IMG/VR virus record: IMGVR_UViG_3300047557_002876
Coordinates: 7,158 to 71,157 of that record
Origin: a virus
Length of the DNA: 64,000 nucleotides
Direction: 5' to 3' (one strand)
The notes below the pieces were generated by a model. It was given only the letters and a program-made list of their open reading frames with translations, was not told the DNA's origin and made no database searches. The first letter of the stretch is position 1, and the number at the start of each line of letters is the position of its first letter. A program made the position numbers and the translations under genes. Of the stretch, positions 59,339-64,000 are shown in pieces.

Positions 59339-59482
59339 ATGCGCTGCAAAGTTCAACTCTACGTTGCTGGTAAAGTTTTTGATGAAATTGTAGAGGCAAG
59401 AGATTATGATGACGCAAAACGTACTGCAGTCGCACGTAATCCGAGTGCCAAAGTTCTCAATGTAACCGCAGTATTCGGATGA
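59339..59482 (+). CDS. Small conserved cyanophage protein (47 aa)
   Basis: MRCKVQLYVAGKVFDEIVEARDYDDAKRTAVARNP, after an AAGGAG SD. Confidence 0.7.
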   Translation: MRCKVQLYVAGKVFDEIVEARDYDDAKRTAVARNPSAKVLNVTAVFG

Positions 59483-59712
59483 ATATTCAAAACGAAACCA
59501 TTTTAAATCCCGTTGTTGGTGATCCAAACGGGTATGTAACAAAAGATGAAATGTGGGCTGCTGTCCCATTTGGTAAAAAATTTGTAGTCATTCACAATGG
59601 ACTTCAAGTTCATACTGCAAATAACCTTACCACTGCAAAGTCTTTTATTCAAAAACAAATTAAATCTACAAAGAAAAAAGCGTCTTCTTCCTTAGATAAA
59701 TTTTTGAAATGA
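59479..59712 (+). CDS. Hypothetical protein
   Basis: ATGA overlap; WAAVP...IHNG motif. Confidence 0.65.
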   Translation: MNIQNETILNPVVGDPNGYVTKDEMWAAVPFGKKFVVIHNGLQVHTANNLTTAKSFIQKQIKSTKKKASSSLDKFLK

Positions 59713-59912
59713 AGAAATTAATCATTGCTGCAATTTTCGTTGCAATTTCAACTCCAGCATACGCTGAAGACATGATGATTCGTGTGAATGTAAATCGTGT
59801 TTGTGCTAAAATTGTTGGTATTCCATATGCATCGGATAATTTTTCTGATGCTGAATGGGAAAAATTCAAGAGTTGTGTTCGGTTCATGAGGAAGTTTGAT
59901 GGTATTGAATAG
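59709..59912 (+). CDS. Small secreted protein with a signal peptide
   Basis: MKKLIIAAIFVAISTPAYA signal; two Cys. Confidence 0.7.
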   Translation: MKKLIIAAIFVAISTPAYAEDMMIRVNVNRVCAKIVGIPYASDNFSDAEWEKFKSCVRFMRKFDGIE

Positions 59913-60108
59913 TTTTTCAGTCACTTCAAAAGAACCCTACGATAGACATAGTTATGAAATCGTTCTGAAAAATCGTAAAAATGTAATTTTTGATGATTGG
60001 GAGGACGCTCAGGCATATTGGTTCACCCACTGCCAGATTCCAGACTTTTTAGATCTTATAATCGTAAAAGATAAACAAAAAGTAAAGGGGTTGGGATTCG
60101 GGAAATAA
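59896..60108 (+). CDS. Hypothetical protein
   Basis: PYDRH.Y motif, ends KGLGFGK; start uncertain. Confidence 0.6.
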   Translation: MMVLNSFSVTSKEPYDRHSYEIVLKNRKNVIFDDWEDAQAYWFTHCQIPDFLDLIIVKDKQKVKGLGFGK

Positions 60109-60132
60109 ATATTAAAATCATAGGAAATTCCT

Positions 60133-60321
60133 ATGGGAACTCTATTCCTAACCACAGTTATAACCTGTCGCCAGTTATTGGGAATTGCAAGTCGTATAAC
60201 AAATTCAAGCGTTCTTACATCTCAACAAAAAACAGAGATTGTGATTGAGTTACGTAATTTTGTTCCATCCTGCCCAATCATTATCAAACCTTATGACGCA
60301 AAAAGAACTCCAGGCAATTGA
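60133..60321 (+). CDS. Hypothetical protein
   Basis: ORF after a TAAATA motif and an AGGA SD. Confidence 0.55.
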   Translation: MGTLFLTTVITCRQLLGIASRITNSSVLTSQQKTEIVIELRNFVPSCPIIIKPYDAKRTPGN

Positions 60322-60448
60322 TCTTATGCTTGAAGACTTGCATACAAGTCACCATGAAATTAGAACAACTGCAAAGCAACTAAATTGTGAAAAAGAACTT
60401 GAAGAGTTAAAGATAAATCTTATTGATTACCTATATTCATTAAAATGA
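60293..60448 (+). CDS. Hypothetical protein
   Basis: MTQKELQAIDLMLEDL..., coupled to the next gene. Confidence 0.5.
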   Translation: MTQKELQAIDLMLEDLHTSHHEIRTTAKQLNCEKELEELKINLIDYLYSLK

Positions 60449-60720
60449 CCACATATTATTTTTGGTTTTTTCTATTGGCAATTCTTGTCTATCTTGCTGC
60501 AACTGACTTAAGTGTTGCAAGATTGATTGATTTGACTATTAAACTTGGTCAATTTCAATATGAAAAAACCAAATGGTGGTTAATTCATAATCCAAGAAAT
60601 CCGATTGTTAAATATCTGATGTGGCGTCGAGCATGGAAACTTGCAAAGGAATTGCAAAATGAAATCGAAATGGAACGTCAATCCAGAATCGGCAACGACG
60701 ATAGCACGGTTGTTAAGTGA
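60445..60720 (+). CDS. Hypothetical membrane protein
   Basis: N-terminal TM and a HNP.NPIVK motif. Confidence 0.6.
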   Translation: MTTYYFWFFLLAILVYLAATDLSVARLIDLTIKLGQFQYEKTKWWLIHNPRNPIVKYLMWRRAWKLAKELQNEIEMERQSRIGNDDSTVVK

Positions 60721-60832
60721 ATTAGAAGGTACGTCATATATTTTGGATTGTTTGGGCGAAGAAGAGGATTATAATATCATCTGTGAGATGAAAAAGAAAT
60801 ACTACAAAGAATACTTTCGTAGAAATAAATAA
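60659..60832 (+). CDS. Hypothetical protein
   Basis: MKSKWNVNPE..ARL.SELEG..YILDC..YYK.YF. Confidence 0.5.
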   Translation: MKSKWNVNPESATTIARLLSELEGTSYILDCLGEEEDYNIICEMKKKYYKEYFRRNK

Positions 60833-60852
60833 CACTACATCTGCTGAAAATT

Positions 60853-61173
60853 ATGTTATCTACACAATATCGGCTGCGTCTTGAAGGGATTTGTAAGCGC
60901 ATTGAAAACCAAGAGGAAGTAAGTTTACAAGATATTATTTGGGCGGAAAAACTAGCAAAAGCAAATCGCACAGCAGCAACAATGCTTCGCCAAGCACGTA
61001 GAAAAGCAGCAAATCCTGATATGGTTGAAGACAGTTTAGATGGATTTCTGAATGCACTCGATATTGGTGGTATTGGGCACGAAGGAAAGGGAATTTCTGG
61101 GTTCAATAGCGTTGATGATATTATTGATTTCTTTAAAGAAGATCGCCCAGATGACTGGAGGCAGAGGGACTGA
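60853..61173 (+). CDS. Conserved cyanophage hypothetical protein
   Basis: MLSTQYRLRLEGIC...WAEKL...DWRQRD. Confidence 0.75.
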   Translation: MLSTQYRLRLEGICKRIENQEEVSLQDIIWAEKLAKANRTAATMLRQARRKAANPDMVEDSLDGFLNALDIGGIGHEGKGISGFNSVDDIIDFFKEDRPDDWRQRD

Positions 61174-61367
61174 TGAAATCTTTTAGGGATTTTCTTACAG
61201 AAGAGGAAAAAGTCGCAAAATCAACCGCCGACTACCAGGACAGTCCTAAGGGGCAGCAACGTTGCGACAAATGTACAATGTGGAGACCACCTGCTGGATG
61301 TACGGCAGTTCGTGGTAAAATAGCAGCAGATGGTTGGTGTAAGTATTACGAAAAGAAAAATGGATGA
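61173..61367 (+). CDS. High-potential iron-sulfur protein (HiPIP)-like
   Basis: YQ..P....C..C..W.....C..V.G.I...GWC..Y, the four-Cys HiPIP signature. Confidence 0.75.
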   Translation: MKSFRDFLTEEEKVAKSTADYQDSPKGQQRCDKCTMWRPPAGCTAVRGKIAADGWCKYYEKKNG

Positions 61368-61479
61368 CAATACGCAGATAGCAATTGAACTTGCTTCTAA
61401 CTTTCTTTATACATTTGTTGCTTTTATGTGTGGTGTTGTGATTGGCGTTGTGGTTGGCAGAACAGAGGACGATATGTAA
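61360..61479 (+). CDS. 39-aa TM peptide, absent from the ORF track
   Basis: MDDNTQIAIELASNFLYTFVAFMCGVVIGVVVGRTEDDM. Confidence 0.5.
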   Translation: MDDNTQIAIELASNFLYTFVAFMCGVVIGVVVGRTEDDM

Positions 61480-61494
61480 ACCGTCCATGGACCC

Positions 61495-61523
61495 TTGACT
61501 TTTTACGTCGGGGGTTTTATAGT
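61495..61523 (+). promoter_or_regulatory. sigma70-like promoter
   Basis: TTGACT-17-TATAGT. Confidence 0.7.
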
Positions 61524-61552
61524 ATTCTCATGATCATGAAAAGAACTTCATT

Positions 61553-61735
61553 ATGAAACCAAAAACCTTTGCAATACTTGAAATCGCAATTGAAGATGGG
61601 GTAAAGCAAGGATGGCATCGTGCTCACAAGTACGTAGAAAACCCAGACCCAGAAAATGCTAAAGAGCATATTGTAGATGCTGTGATGTCTGCTATTCACG
61701 AATACTTTACTTTTGATGAGAATGAGTATGTCTAA
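61553..61735 (+). CDS. Hypothetical protein
   Basis: ILE.AIE.G...GW.RAHK...P motif. Confidence 0.7.
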   Translation: MKPKTFAILEIAIEDGVKQGWHRAHKYVENPDPENAKEHIVDAVMSAIHEYFTFDENEYV

Positions 61736-61946
61736 CAAAGCACTGATTAAAAAATTGAAGAACGCTTATGTTACTTGTTTCGATTGTGGTAACAAATATG
61801 GTGTTTATTCTGTAGGATGCTCTTCAGTATGGGAAGGTAAATGTGATGTTTGTGGTGAAAAAAAGAGTATCACTGAAACAAGAGATTTTGCTTATTTCAT
61901 AACTGGTATTCGCAAACTTACCAAAGAAAATAATGAAGGAATTTGA
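61728..61946 (+). CDS. Small zinc-ribbon protein
   Basis: CFDCG...CDVCG. Confidence 0.65.
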   Translation: MSNKALIKKLKNAYVTCFDCGNKYGVYSVGCSSVWEGKCDVCGEKKSITETRDFAYFITGIRKLTKENNEGI

Positions 61947-62394
61947 CTATTCTCTTGATTACAAATCTTTAGACTTTACTGATTTTAACACAAGAAAACT
62001 ATATAGAATTGGTAGGGGTGAGCAAGGCGTTCTTTTAGTTAGACCATATACCGAAGATATTTGTAGGTATTGGAGATTCAAAGATGAGATTACTGCTCGC
62101 AAATCTTCTTCTAAAATATACGAAATGTTCCTTGCATACTCAAGGGATGATGATTTCGTTGGTATGGACATGGCCCGCAAATTCCTTGAGATGGGATTTA
62201 CGCGGGCTAGAAGGTACGCGAATCATTCTGACGGAAGAAAATACTCTAAAACTGGTGAAGTATTACCCCAGAGTGAAGATGCACTTACATGCACAAAAGC
62301 AAAAGCAGCAAGAATCTTTAAAGAATTAAGAGACAAGGTTGCAAAAGACCCAAAATATGTTAAAATGCGAAAAGAATGGAGAGCAAGTGAGTGA
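61933..62394 (+). CDS. DUF4385-like protein
   Basis: YRIGRGEQGVL.V.PY, DFVGMDMARKFLEMGFTRARRYANH..G.KY. Confidence 0.75.
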   Translation: MKEFDYSLDYKSLDFTDFNTRKLYRIGRGEQGVLLVRPYTEDICRYWRFKDEITARKSSSKIYEMFLAYSRDDDFVGMDMARKFLEMGFTRARRYANHSDGRKYSKTGEVLPQSEDALTCTKAKAARIFKELRDKVAKDPKYVKMRKEWRASE

Positions 62395-62591
62395 CTGAAC
62401 GAGCACAGGAATTTATGAATAAGGTGTGGGAGTCTAGGGATAATGGTGCTGATACTGAAGAAAAACTTGTAGCATATGTTCTTAGATGTGCGGCAGAAAC
62501 AATTAGATTTTATACTGCACAAAATGATCTGATTGTCTTAGATAAAAATGATCTGATTGAACTTGCAAATGAAGTGGAGAATTTGAAATGA
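62391..62591 (+). CDS. Hypothetical protein
   Basis: GTGA-coupled ORF. Confidence 0.6.
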   Translation: MTERAQEFMNKVWESRDNGADTEEKLVAYVLRCAAETIRFYTAQNDLIVLDKNDLIELANEVENLK

Positions 62592-62833
62592 AACTTGTAG
62601 ATTTTGCACTCAAAGAAGATTTTGGTAAAGACTTTTATTTCTTCTTCTTTAAAACAAAAAAATATACCCTTGTTCAAGGTTCATTTGGTTGGTATGACTA
62701 TCCTTCTTGGCCTTATGTCCAAATCAACTTTGGAATGGGTAGGATATTCAGTATTCTTCTTCAAGTTTATAAGTTTGGATTTGATATTGAATTTTGTGGA
62801 ACAACTTACAATCTGAATTATCTTAACGAGTGA
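62588..62833 (+). CDS. Hypothetical protein
   Basis: ATGA-coupled, aromatic-rich. Confidence 0.6.
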   Translation: MKLVDFALKEDFGKDFYFFFFKTKKYTLVQGSFGWYDYPSWPYVQINFGMGRIFSILLQVYKFGFDIEFCGTTYNLNYLNE

Positions 62834-63048
62834 TGAAAGTAACCGAACACAACATTACCGACTGGGAACTTACTGAAGAACAAGTTAACAGTTTGATTCA
62901 TTTAACTAAACTTGAAATCAAACGATGTGAAGGTGATAGTACAACACAAACTTACTATGGTGTAATTCTTGGAAAACTTTTAATTCTGAGATACAATTGT
63001 GCCACTTCAGAATGTGGCACAGAAGAGACCACAATCACTGACCTTTGA
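62830..63048 (+). CDS. Hypothetical protein
   Basis: Coupled ORF; start uncertain. Confidence 0.5.
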   Translation: MMKVTEHNITDWELTEEQVNSLIHLTKLEIKRCEGDSTTQTYYGVILGKLLILRYNCATSECGTEETTITDL

Positions 63049-63076
63049 CCTATAATACCCACAGTTGCAACAAACG

Positions 63077-63385
63077 ATGAGTTTCTCCAAGACAATTTCA
63101 GTTTTTGCTGCTCTTGCAAGTATCTTCGGTGCTGGTGCTGCTGGGTTCAAACTTGCACAAGATAATCAAGTAAAACCTGCAGAAGAAGTAAATACCAAGT
63201 ACGAACAACATATTACAGAACTTCAACAGCAAATTTCTGGTCTTCAACAACAACTTGCTAATACTAATCCACCTCCTGCTGCTAGTCTTCCAGAACAAAC
63301 TCAAGTAAAACAAATTGCTCCAGTAACTCCACAACTTCCTCCACCTCCTGCCCCAAATCCCCCTGCCGCTGGCAACTTTGAATGA
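63077..63385 (+). CDS. Membrane-anchored/secreted protein with a coiled coil and Pro-rich tail
   Basis: MSFSKTISVFAALASIFGAG hydrophobic N-terminus; PPPPAPNPP tail. Confidence 0.65.
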   Translation: MSFSKTISVFAALASIFGAGAAGFKLAQDNQVKPAEEVNTKYEQHITELQQQISGLQQQLANTNPPPAASLPEQTQVKQIAPVTPQLPPPPAPNPPAAGNFE

Positions 63386-63795
63386 TTCCTGATAATTTTC
63401 TTCAACTTGCGATTGAAACTGCAAAGTCTTCCCCCTCCCGTCGCAAGGTGGGGGCAGTTTTGCTTAAAAAATCAAAAGTCGTTGCAACTGCTGTAAATCT
63501 GGAACAAAAGTCTCATCCATTACAAGCACGACTTGCTAAGAAAGTTGGATTGTGTGAGAAAATCTATCTTCACGCTGAAATCGCAGCACTTATCAAAGCA
63601 AAGGAAGATGCTGATACGATCGTTGTTGCAAGAGTGAATACCAGAAATAAACTGAGAATGGCGAAACCTTGCCCCATTTGTACTCTTGCACTGGAGCAAG
63701 AAGGAATCAAGAACGTTTACTATACAACTAATGAAGGTTTTATGTATAAGTACAACCTTGAAGAGGACAGTTTGGAAATTCATGAAACTACCTGA
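63382..63795 (+). CDS. CMP/dCMP-type zinc deaminase
   Basis: VGAVL, HAE..A and KPCPIC motifs. Confidence 0.88.
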   Translation: MIPDNFLQLAIETAKSSPSRRKVGAVLLKKSKVVATAVNLEQKSHPLQARLAKKVGLCEKIYLHAEIAALIKAKEDADTIVVARVNTRNKLRMAKPCPICTLALEQEGIKNVYYTTNEGFMYKYNLEEDSLEIHETT

Positions 63796-63970
63796 TAAGA
63801 AAACACTGGATATTATGTGGGCGGTAGCGACCTCAACCAGTATTGAAACTGGCACAAGACCCCACCATATCTTTGCTAAACTGCTGTATAATGACTTCAC
63901 AAACACAAAACCGCTTGTAGGACTTTGCGATGACTTTGAAAGAAAAGAAGGCACTACTCAAAAAACTTGA
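63782..63970 (+). CDS. Hypothetical protein
   Basis: MKLPDKKTLDIMW..., overlapping both neighbours. Confidence 0.45.
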   Translation: MKLPDKKTLDIMWAVATSTSIETGTRPHHIFAKLLYNDFTNTKPLVGLCDDFERKEGTTQKT

Positions 63971-64000
63971 ACAGGCAGGCACTACCTGTATGGATTGTGG
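63930..64000 (+). CDS. Partial zinc-ribbon protein, paralogue of 61728..61946
   Basis: MTLKEKKALLKKLEQAGTTCMDC versus MSNKALIKKLKNAYVTCFDC. Confidence 0.55.
   Translation, partial: MTLKEKKALLKKLEQAGTTCMDC

Noticed and set aside
58060-59349. Long antisense ORFs (168 and 256 aa) opposite the helicase
   Set aside because: Shadow ORFs caused by codon bias; no motifs, and they fully overlap a well-supported gene.
63763-63786. Fourth copy of the palindromic promoter box (GAGGACAGTT...)
   Set aside because: Only the left half-site matches, and there is no -10 at the expected distance.
1-64000. Stop-codon reassignment
   Set aside because: Genes tile densely in the standard code, TAG and TGA end conserved genes at the expected positions, and no suppressor tRNA is present.

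Overview
This window is part of an AT-rich, T4-like (Kyanoviridae-type) cyanomyovirus genome. The host is probably a freshwater Synechococcus/Cyanobium type (inference). Left to right: (1) a 5'-truncated giant fibre gene, then a cassette in which three 12-repeat Kelch-like beta-propeller proteins alternate with two glycosyltransferases, a sulfotransferase and two 2OG-Fe(II) oxygenases; (2) glutaredoxin and conserved cyanophage ORFs; (3) a compact nitrogen-sensing unit the ORF track misses, made of a perfect NtcA box, tandem glutamine-riboswitch-like aptamers and three translationally coupled micro-ORFs (the first DUF4278/IF17-N-like); (4) thyX, phoH, exonuclease, gp33, gp59, gp32; (5) T4-like baseplate/head genes (gp53, 48, 2, 4, 54-like, 26, 51, gp5), with a candidate -1 frameshift fusing gp26 to gp51; (6) two long-fibre plus glycine-rich adhesin modules flanking three tRNAs (Ile-UAU, Met-CAU, Leu-UAA), an orphan Phd-like gene and an HNH nuclease; (7) an early region with a GC-richer SF2 helicase, many small ORFs, a HiPIP-like protein and a dCMP-type deaminase, where three promoters share a palindrome at a fixed distance from the -10. 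All calls rest on motif recognition and synteny; no database searches were run.
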